NCBI GenBank assembly: GCA_001873215.1
Contig: MNYS01000008.1
Location: forward strand, 2,657-66,656
DNA length: 64,000 bases
Direction of reading: 5' to 3'
Origin: Candidatus Levybacteria bacterium CG2_30_37_29
GTDB lineage: Bacteria; Patescibacteriota; Microgenomatia; Levybacterales; GWA1-39-11
This document shows, piece by piece, positions 30,462-37,261 of the stretch (the first letter of the stretch is position 1; each line of letters begins with the position of its first letter). The notes below the pieces were generated by a model. That model searched no databases, was not told the DNA's origin, and saw only the letters and a program-made list of their open reading frames with translations. Made by a program: the position numbers and the translations under genes.

Positions 30462-30534
30462 TGGGCGGTGCAAGACTTGAACTCGCGACATCTTCGGTGT
30501 AAACGAAGCGCTCTACCAGCTGAGCTAACCGCCC
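30462..30534 (-). tRNA. tRNA-Val(TAC)
   Basis: GGGCGGT/ACCGCCC, CTTCG-TTTACAC-CGAAG. Confidence 0.95.
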
Positions 30535-30583
30535 TTTAAACTTTCCTTAGCACAAACCAACATTTGAACAAACCATGTGTTAG

Positions 30584-30626
30584 TTTCAACCTGCCTGAAC
30601 ATAGACTGTGCCACATACGAACAACG
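30584..30626. repeat. 43-bp exact copy of 30241-30283 at the tRNA-Leu(GAG) 3' end
   Basis: tttcaacctgcctgaacatagactgtgccacatacgaacaacg. Confidence 0.9.
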
Positions 30627-30635
30627 GGAGAAATG

Positions 30636-30722
30636 TGCCGAGGACAGGACTTGAACCTGCACGTCTTATTTAAGGACACAAGAACCTCAATCTTGCGTGT
30701 ATACCAATTTCACCACCTCGGC
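30636..30722 (-). tRNA. tRNA-Leu(GAG)
   Basis: GCCGAGG/CCTCGGC, CAAGA-TTGAGGT-TCTTG, long variable arm. Confidence 0.94.
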
Positions 30723-30812
30723 AAGCTTCGGCGCAAACACCCAACTTGTACAGTTAGTATTTTACCAAACATAGTCATGTTAAAACAAGAACACATTGCT
30801 ATAATGTTTTTA

Positions 30813-31757
30813 ATGGATGTTATTTTTATATTTTTTACAATTCTTGGTCTATCTCTTTTTGAAATAATTACAAGCATTGACAATGCAATTATTAATGCTG
30901 AAGTGCTCGGAGGAATGAGCAATAGAGCAAAAAAATGGTTTTTGACATGGGGAATAGTATCATCTATTTTCATTGTCAGAGGAGTCTTACCCTTTCTTAT
31001 TCTTTATGCAACCGTTCCACAACTTGGTGTTGTAAATACCATAACCGCAGCTTTTTCATCAGATCCCAATATTGCTGAAACCATAAAAGAATCATCTCAT
31101 GTTCTGCTTATTGCAGGGGGGGTCTTTTTAATTTTTCTTTTTTTTCACTGGCTTTTCTTAGAACCTAAAAATTTTGGCCTTAGGGGCGAAAGGTTTTTCC
31201 ATTCAAAAGGTGTTTGGTTTTATGCAATCGTATCAATACTTTTAACAGTAATTGTGTGGTTTGCATTCAAACAAAACAATCCATTGCTTCAGTTTGGCGC
31301 CGTTGTAGGATCTACAATGTTTTTTATAATTCATGGATTCAAAGGATATGCAGAAGAGCAGGAAAAAAAACTTTTATCGGTTGGCGTATCTGATTTTGCA
31401 AAAATTGCATACCTTGAAATACTGGACGCAAGCTTTTCAATTGATGGAGTAATCGGGGCTTTTGCATTTACCTTTGCAATTCCTCTTATACTTATAGGGA
31501 ATGGCTTAGGAGCAATCGTATTGAGGCAAATAACAATTAGCAATATAGAACGGATAAAAAAATATAAATACCTAAAAAACGGAGCAATGTATTCGATTTT
31601 AATACTTGGTATTGTAATGCTTTTGCATAGCTTTAGAATTGAGATTCCTGAATGGTTATCACCCGTTGCAACATTTGCAATTGTTGGTTACTTTTTTTAC
31701 AAGTCAAATATTGACCTTAAAACAATTACTGACTTATCTGAACCAAATAAAAAGTAG
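30813..31757 (+). CDS. TerC/DUF475 family membrane protein
   Basis: SIDNAIINA, YLEILDASFSIDGVIGAFA, YLKNGAMY. Confidence 0.88.
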   Translation: MDVIFIFFTILGLSLFEIITSIDNAIINAEVLGGMSNRAKKWFLTWGIVSSIFIVRGVLPFLILYATVPQLGVVNTITAAFSSDPNIAETIKESSHVLLIAGGVFLIFLFFHWLFLEPKNFGLRGERFFHSKGVWFYAIVSILLTVIVWFAFKQNNPLLQFGAVVGSTMFFIIHGFKGYAEEQEKKLLSVGVSDFAKIAYLEILDASFSIDGVIGAFAFTFAIPLILIGNGLGAIVLRQITISNIERIKKYKYLKNGAMYSILILGIVMLLHSFRIEIPEWLSPVATFAIVGYFFYKSNIDLKTITDLSEPNKK

Positions 31758-31803
31758 AGAAGTCCCACTTCATTTTTCAAAGTGCCCGAGAGAGGACTCG
31801 AAC

Positions 31804-31823
31804 CCTGCCTGCCGGCAGGCAGG
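31804..31823. repeat. Perfect palindrome CCTGCCTGCCGGCAGGCAGG
   Basis: Inserted at the T-arm of the outer tRNA-Leu. Confidence 0.95.
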
Positions 31824-31881
31824 CTCCACACCATTGCTGGTACAGCGTTCTGAACGCTGCTTGTCTACCTGCCAAAGCATG

Positions 31882-31962
31882 TGCCAGGAGGGGGACTCGA
31901 ACCCCCACATCTTGCGATACACGGTTCTGAACCGTGCTTGTCTACCATTTCAACATCCTGGC
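31882..31962 (-). tRNA. tRNA-Leu(CAG), nested
   Basis: GCCAGGA/TCCTGGC, CACGG-TTCAGAA-CCGTG. Confidence 0.94.
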
Positions 31963-31966
31963 TTAT

Positions 31967-32212
31967 TTATGTTGCGCTATTTATCTCTTGTATTATCTCA
32001 CGACCAAACCCTGATTTAAAGAACTTCTCGAGTTTAATTGCGTCCCCTAGCGACACACAGATTTCTACATGAATAAGCTTAAATGGTGCTAAATGTTTTA
32101 TGGAAGCTGTTTTATTATTGTTGTGTTCGGAAAGTCTTCTTAAGATATTATTCGTATAACCTTTATAAAAAACGTCCTTTTTTTGACTTTTAATAACATA
32201 TACGTAATACAT
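31967..32212 (-). CDS. Small GIY-YIG nuclease
   Basis: MYYVYVIKS....FYKGYT....RL.EHN...A..LEKFFKSG.GRE. Confidence 0.92.
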   Translation of the reverse strand: MYYVYVIKSQKKDVFYKGYTNNILRRLSEHNNNKTASIKHLAPFKLIHVEICVSLGDAIKLEKFFKSGFGREIIQEINSAT

Positions 32213-32225
32213 ATGCGTGTCTACC

Positions 32226-32245
32226 CCTGCCTGCCGGCAGGCAGG
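32226..32245. repeat. Perfect palindrome CCTGCCTGCCGGCAGGCAGG
   Basis: Inserted in the D-loop of the outer tRNA-Leu. Confidence 0.95.
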
Positions 32246-32269
32246 ATTCCAACACTCGGGCTCATACGT

Positions 32270-32298
32270 ATTGTACCAATACTAATTTTTCTTGACAA
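32270..32298 (-). promoter_or_regulatory. Sigma70-like promoter for the Leu(CAG) locus
   Basis: TTGTCA-17 bp-TACAAT with extended -10 TG, 8 nt before the outer tRNA 5' end. Confidence 0.7.
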
Positions 32299-32331
32299 GA
32301 AATAGCAATTTATGTAATTATAATGTATTAA

Positions 32332-32925
32332 ATGAAAAAGCTTGTTCTGCTCGCAAGTTACTCGATTTTTATGCCGATTTTTTTACTCGCCTTAATTATA
32401 TATTCCATGTCGCTTACCAAAGTGGCTGTCGCAAATTTTAACGACGCAAACACAGAGGTTTTGGGTACAGAAACAGCATCATCTCATCTCATTTCCAATA
32501 ATACAAATAGGGATATTATTGCTGCATCCGGTGAAAAAGGGCGTACTACAATTTTGAAAGAATTTTTGAACAAATATAATTCGCCTCTTTTACCATACGC
32601 GGTGCACATTGTTTCTGCGGCAGACTTTTACGGAATTGACTACCGTCTTCTTCCGGCAATTGCACTTCAAGAAAGCACGCTTTGCAAAAAAATTCCAAAA
32701 GAATCTTATAATTGTTGGGGATTTGGAATTTATGGAGGAAATGTTACACGATTTACAAGTTATGAGGATGCAATAGAAACAATTTCAAAAACTTTGGCAA
32801 AAGAATACAAAGCAAAAGGCCTTGAACATCCGACAGAAATAATGACAAAATACACGCCGCAAAGCAATGGAAGCTGGGCGAAAAATGTAAGCTACATAAT
32901 GGACAGAATAAGCCCCTCGCTTTAG
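32332..32925 (+). CDS. Lysozyme-like/glucosaminidase-domain putative cell-wall hydrolase
   Basis: YNSPL, IDYRLLPAIALQES, YNCWGFG, KY. Confidence 0.75.
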   Translation: MKKLVLLASYSIFMPIFLLALIIYSMSLTKVAVANFNDANTEVLGTETASSHLISNNTNRDIIAASGEKGRTTILKEFLNKYNSPLLPYAVHIVSAADFYGIDYRLLPAIALQESTLCKKIPKESYNCWGFGIYGGNVTRFTSYEDAIETISKTLAKEYKAKGLEHPTEIMTKYTPQSNGSWAKNVSYIMDRISPSL

Positions 32926-33010
32926 GTATTTCTTAAACTTCAATCTACTTTAAGGTGATTTTGAACATTTTTGTGCATAAAACTACATATTATGGCCTGT
33001 AGTAAAGTAC

Positions 33011-33039
33011 TTGACAAACCTATAGTTCTATGATAAGAT
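33011..33039 (+). promoter_or_regulatory. Sigma70-like promoter
   Basis: TTGACA-17 bp-TAAGAT. Confidence 0.65.
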
Positions 33040-33136
33040 ACTGATTAGATCCTAAGGTAGCCCAAAACTACTTTAGGATTTTTTAATGGTTTGAGTAATC
33101 CTCAAGTTTCTATTTGTCATAGGCACTTGAATAATT

Positions 33137-33685
33137 ATGAAAACTACAAAAACTTTTTTAATCCTTGTAGCACTTCTTATTGCTACACTTACATTTTCCA
33201 AAAATGCATACGCGGAAGGTACTGCTGTACCCTCAGCAAAGCTTTTGTCATTTGACAGCTCAAAAATCATTGAAAAGGACGTACGCAGTATTGCAATTGA
33301 AAATATTTTCAAAAAATACAATTCTCCACTTCTAGGCCTTGGCGCAACTTATGTAAAATACGCTGATAAATACGGCGTGGACTGGAAGCTTTTACCTTCA
33401 ATATCAGGGCTTGAATCAAGCTTTGGACAATTTCTTATGCCCGGCTCTTATAATGGTTACGGATGGGGCGGAGGCTACATATATTTTGAAAGTTGGGAAG
33501 ACGGAATTGACATAATTAACAAAACTTTGCGCGGCAACTACATGGATAAATGGGGCGCAACCGACGTTTGGAGTATTGGTCCTATTTATGCAGAGTCAAA
33601 AACATGGTCTGTGAGGGTAAACGGCTTTATGAATGAAATCGAAGCAGAATACAAATCTCTTCTCGCAGTCACCCCCACAATCTAA
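33137..33685 (+). CDS. Second lysozyme-like/glucosaminidase-domain paralog
   Basis: YNSPL, VDWKLLPSISGLES, YNGYGWG. Confidence 0.75.
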   Translation: MKTTKTFLILVALLIATLTFSKNAYAEGTAVPSAKLLSFDSSKIIEKDVRSIAIENIFKKYNSPLLGLGATYVKYADKYGVDWKLLPSISGLESSFGQFLMPGSYNGYGWGGGYIYFESWEDGIDIINKTLRGNYMDKWGATDVWSIGPIYAESKTWSVRVNGFMNEIEAEYKSLLAVTPTI

Positions 33686-33726
33686 CTCTTTTTCCAAAGC
33701 TGGTTAAACTGTATAATACCTTTATT

Positions 33727-33816
33727 GCCCGGGTGGTGAAATTCTGCCTGCCGGCAGGCAGGAGTATACACGCATGGTTTAAGAACTTGCTCTCAAGTTC
33801 GCAAGACCTTGCGACC
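33727..33816 (+). pseudogene. 5' half of an interrupted tRNA-Leu directly upstream of tRNA-Leu(TAG)
   Basis: GCCCGGG TG GTGAAA [palindrome 33744-33761] GTATACACG CATGG TTTA [two hairpins] GACC; 3' half absent. Confidence 0.75.
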
Positions 33817-33825
33817 TTAATTTTT

Positions 33826-33906
33826 GCGGATGTGGTGAAATGGTATACACGATAGGTTTAGGACCTATTGCCGTAAGGCGTGGAGGTTCAAGTCCTCTCA
33901 TCCGCA
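33826..33906 (+). tRNA. tRNA-Leu(TAG)
   Basis: GCGGATG/CATCCGC, ATAGG-TTTAGGA-CCTAT. Confidence 0.95.
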
Positions 33907-33953
33907 CAAATACAGCTTTACTTATAGGCTCATTTCCAGTATAATATCTCTCT

Positions 33954-34862
33954 ATGGCAAACGTGAAGAAAGAAAATACGGACCAAACAGCAGTTAAAAC
34001 CTATTCTACTGCAAAACCTCGAGTAATCGTAAATCGGCTTTCTGATTCATCTGTTGAAATAAAAATTGTTGTCCCGTGGGGAGACGTAGAAAAGGTTCGA
34101 AAAGAAGTAGTAGATAAGCTTGCGCAAACTGTAACCGTGCCTGGATTTAGACCCGGAAAGGCGCCAAAAAATGTTGCCTCTGCAAAAATTCCAAAAGAAA
34201 AAGTACAGGAAGAAATGCTCAAAATTATTTTAACCAATGAGTATACAAAAGCCGTAAAGGACAATGATATAAAGCCGATTATAAATCCTAAAATTCACAT
34301 AGAAGCTTTTGAGGAGGGAACCCCGCTTGAATTCGAGGCAATGACTTGTGAAGAACCAATAGTTGAATTAGGAAATTACAAAGACGCTATCAAAAAAATC
34401 ACTGCTCCTTCTAAAATTGTTTTACCCGGCAAAGACCCTTCGGCTAGCTCAGGGCAGGAGAAGATTCCGCTTGATGATGTATTAAAAGCTGCGCTTTCGG
34501 CAACAACAACAAATATTCCACACGTGTTAGTAGAACAAGAAACAAACCGACTTTTATCACAACTTCTTGACGAAATTAAAAGGCTTGGAGTAAGTCTTGA
34601 CCAATATCTTGCATCACGCAGTAAAAATTCGGATCAGCTAAGAACAGAATATGAAGAAAAGGCAAAATCTGATATAAAGCTTGAATTTATGCTAAGAAAA
34701 ATTGCCGATACCGAAAAAATTGTTGTTGAACAAAAAGATATTGAAACCGCTCTTGCAACGATTGAAGACCAGAACCAAAGAAAAGAAATAGCACAAAATC
34801 CGTATATGCTTGCAGGAATTATCCGTCAGCAAAAAACTCTTGATTTTCTTTCAAAGCTTTGA
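33954..34862 (+). CDS. tig: Trigger factor lacking the FKBP domain
   Basis: VPGFRPGKAP ribosome-binding motif; N-domain joined directly to the C-domain. Confidence 0.88.
   Translation: MANVKKENTDQTAVKTYSTAKPRVIVNRLSDSSVEIKIVVPWGDVEKVRKEVVDKLAQTVTVPGFRPGKAPKNVASAKIPKEKVQEEMLKIILTNEYTKAVKDNDIKPIINPKIHIEAFEEGTPLEFEAMTCEEPIVELGNYKDAIKKITAPSKIVLPGKDPSASSGQEKIPLDDVLKAALSATTTNIPHVLVEQETNRLLSQLLDEIKRLGVSLDQYLASRSKNSDQLRTEYEEKAKSDIKLEFMLRKIADTEKIVVEQKDIETALATIEDQNQRKEIAQNPYMLAGIIRQQKTLDFLSKL
34434..34455. repeat. REP-like element GACCCTTCGGCTAGCTCAGGGC in frame within tig
   Basis: CCCT...AGGG arms around TCGGCTAGCTC; encodes DPSASSG. Confidence 0.65.
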
Positions 34863-34925
34863 TAAAATCCTTGATTTTTAAGTCTTTAGGTATATAATAT
34901 TGGGGTAAAAAGGTTTGTTAGGAAA

Positions 34926-35558
34926 ATGAAAACTACACAAAAAAGACAAGTTAGCCAAGAATCAATTGAGGCTAAAAGAATCGACTCATCTTCTGATTTT
35001 AAAGATATTCCCAAAGGAATAACAAAGACTACATGGAATGAGTTTTTTGCAAAAATGCCCGGTGGCATTCTTGACCAAACACTAGGACTTGATAATAAAA
35101 CAGAGCAACAGCTTTTAGAAGGCGAAGAGTTTATTCTCAAGAAAAAAGAAGAGAAAAGAGTAGAGGGGGTACAAATGCACCGAGAAACTTATTTTCGACA
35201 AGTTGAAAATGCCGATTTAATGCATCAGAACAAAGAAGAATATCAAATAAGAAATCAGGTTGACCAAATAAGAATGGAGATAAAAAAACTTATTAAAACT
35301 TCAAAAATTGTTGAGGAGACTGTAAAAGGAGCAGTTGCCGAACAAGCACCTGTGAGACCGGGAAAATACCATGTATCTTTTTTTGAATTTGTACTGAACA
35401 CAATAAAAGACGCAACAAGACAGCTTGAGGATAGCGTTTCTTTTGGCTCAGTATTTCAAAATAAAAAACAACAAAAATCATATTGGAAAATGTATAAAAA
35501 ACACGGTACGACTTTCGGCCTTTCGGGTGAACGCACCACAGCCACCCAAACAGGTTAA
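34926..35558 (+). CDS. DUF5660-like protein
   Basis: PGKYHVSFFE, YWKMYKKHGTTF.LSGER..ATQTG. Confidence 0.7.
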   Translation: MKTTQKRQVSQESIEAKRIDSSSDFKDIPKGITKTTWNEFFAKMPGGILDQTLGLDNKTEQQLLEGEEFILKKKEEKRVEGVQMHRETYFRQVENADLMHQNKEEYQIRNQVDQIRMEIKKLIKTSKIVEETVKGAVAEQAPVRPGKYHVSFFEFVLNTIKDATRQLEDSVSFGSVFQNKKQQKSYWKMYKKHGTTFGLSGERTTATQTG

Positions 35559-35596
35559 CTTGACAACAAAAAAAGTTTTGTTATAAAATAAATCAA

Positions 35597-35647
35597 ATGA
35601 AAAATCAAATAGTTATCATTACACGCCTTCTTCTTAGCTTGCGCTAG
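35597..35647 (+). CDS. Putative attenuator leader peptide MKNQIVIITRLLLSLR
   Basis: Follows TTGACA (35560) promoter; 8 of 16 codons are Ile/Val/Leu; followed by antiterminator and terminator. Confidence 0.65.
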   Translation: MKNQIVIITRLLLSLR

Positions 35648-35672
35648 GGGAGGTAAATAGTGGTTATGCACG

Positions 35673-35696
35673 GCCTCCCACACGGGAGGTTTTTTT
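35673..35696 (+). terminator. Intrinsic terminator of the attenuator
   Basis: GCCTCCC-ACAC-GGGAGG-T7; competing GGGAGGT at 35648-35654. Confidence 0.85.
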
Positions 35697-35828
35697 ATGG
35701 GAAATTCAAGGAAACCCCGATCTATCGGGGAGGAATTGAAATGACCAAAGAGCTTCCTTCAGAGGCAAAGTCCTCCAAAAGAGGAAAGCTCTTATGGAAA
35801 TTCAAGGAAAGAGAGGAGGTGAAAAAAT

Positions 35829-36038
35829 ATGAACAAATCAGAACGAGAATATGCAGAATCAAACCATGCCAGAAACAGGATTAATTCTAGGTTTGGTGTT
35901 GATGAAACACCAAATCCTAAAGTAGGTCCAAACAGACAGATGTATGAAATCCGTCTTGAAGAAGACTTTGAAAGCGATCCAAGACTTTTTGCAACGCGAA
36001 TGGCTGAAGAAGCCGAAGGATTTAATACAAATCAATAA
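35829..36038 (+). CDS. Hypothetical small acidic protein
   Basis: Strong GAGGAGGTG RBS. Confidence 0.6.
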   Translation: MNKSEREYAESNHARNRINSRFGVDETPNPKVGPNRQMYEIRLEEDFESDPRLFATRMAEEAEGFNTNQ

Positions 36039-36156
36039 GTGGAATAAAAATTCAGCAACAAACCATATAGCTTTATTATTTATAATTTGCTAGAATCAAA
36101 GCTACGTACGGGCTCATAAGATTATTAGGATAATCTTGAGTGCCCTCATTTCATTC

Positions 36157-36396
36157 GGGCTCATAGCCATGCCCCGCTTCGCGGGGTCAGTTGGAAATCA
36201 ACTTTTGAAAAATGGACGATTAGCTCAGTTGGTTAGAGCGTTGCATTGACATTGCAAAGGTCACAGGTTCAAATCCTGTATCGTCCACCATTTTCCAAAA
36301 GGCAGAGCGTTGCATTGACACCCGCCCGCAACGCTAAAGCGTAGCTTTGCGGGCGTGGTTGCAAAGGTAATCCCGATTCAATCGGGATTGGGCCCA
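36157..36396 (+). other. Split outer tRNA-Val(GAC) hosting an intact tRNA-Val(GAC) in its D-loop
   Basis: GGGCTCA/TGGGCCC acceptor; inserts at 36168-36186, ~36195-36302 and 36321-36358; T arm replaced by hairpin 36370-36388. Confidence 0.8.
36214..36290 (+). tRNA. tRNA-Val(GAC), nested, CCA encoded
   Basis: GGACGAT/ATCGTCC, TTGCA-TTGACAT-TGCAA. Confidence 0.95.
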
Positions 36397-36416
36397 CAAT
36401 TTGTTATACTAATGTT

Positions 36417-37013
36417 ATGGACGAGACTACAATTAAATCACAAACCCGTGCCGAAGCTTTCGCAAACCTCGAAACTCTGATAAAAAATCCAAATCTTATA
36501 AAACATCATTTGGCGGCTGAAGCTGCTATGCGTGAAATAGCGCTATATTTAAAGACAAAAAGCGACCTACTTATAAACGAAGATGATTGGGCAATTGTGG
36601 GTCTTTTACACGATGCGGATTATGAAATAACACATGATAAGCCTGCGCGCCATACAATAGAACTTGAAGAAAGACTTGGGAAAACATTAAAGCCTGAAAT
36701 CATGTATGCCATAAAATCCCACAATTGGAAACATAACGGGATTGAACCAAAAAGCCTTATGGATTGGGCAATTTATACTTGCGATGAGTTAACTGGGATT
36801 ATTATCGCCGCAGCTCTTATAAGCCCTGACAAAAATCTTGCAAACTTAACATCTGATTTTATTTTGAAGAGAATAAAAGAGAGATCTTTTGCAAAATCTG
36901 TTGACCGTAAACAAATTTCAGTATGCGAGGAAAAGCTTGGCATACCTCTTTCCGAGTACGTACAATTGGTTTTGGTAAGTATGCAGAAAATTGCCCCAAG
37001 TCTTGGATTATAA
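36417..37013 (+). CDS. HD-domain (HDIG) phosphohydrolase
   Basis: KHH, GLLHDADYE, SH, CDELTG, FAKSVDR. Confidence 0.88.
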   Translation: MDETTIKSQTRAEAFANLETLIKNPNLIKHHLAAEAAMREIALYLKTKSDLLINEDDWAIVGLLHDADYEITHDKPARHTIELEERLGKTLKPEIMYAIKSHNWKHNGIEPKSLMDWAIYTCDELTGIIIAAALISPDKNLANLTSDFILKRIKERSFAKSVDRKQISVCEEKLGIPLSEYVQLVLVSMQKIAPSLGL

Positions 37014-37021
37014 GAAAAAAA

Positions 37022-37246
37022 ATGGAAACAAAACACGACAACATAAATAAACCTCTTAAAAGAATATTCATAAATAACTTTGTAGGAGGAATAGCTTGGG
37101 GTCTCGGAGCAACAGTTGGCGCCGGAATACTTTTGGCATTTTTCGGATTTCTCCTTTCACAAATAAATCTTATACCTGTAATTGGTGTATTTGTGTCTGA
37201 TATATTTAAATTTGTTGTATATAATAACCCAAATCTGATAAAATGA
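37022..37246 (+). CDS. DUF5665-like small membrane protein
   Basis: NFVGGIAWGLGATVG...IPVIG. Confidence 0.7.
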   Translation: METKHDNINKPLKRIFINNFVGGIAWGLGATVGAGILLAFFGFLLSQINLIPVIGVFVSDIFKFVVYNNPNLIK

Positions 37247-37261
37247 TAGCCTCAAACCGAT

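Larger units (their letters stand above)
31783..32261 (-). other. Split outer tRNA-Leu(CAG) hosting an intact tRNA-Leu(CAG) and a GIY-YIG gene in its D-loop
   Basis: Removing 31804-31823 and 31870-32245 yields an 83-nt cloverleaf. Confidence 0.85.

Noticed and set aside
30234-30632. CRISPR array
   Set aside because: Only two 43-bp copies 300 bp apart with tRNAs between them; no regular spacers and no cas genes.
32980-32995. NrdR-box-like AAACTACATATTATGG
   Set aside because: Single imperfect box with no ribonucleotide reductase gene nearby; cannot be supported without a matrix scan.
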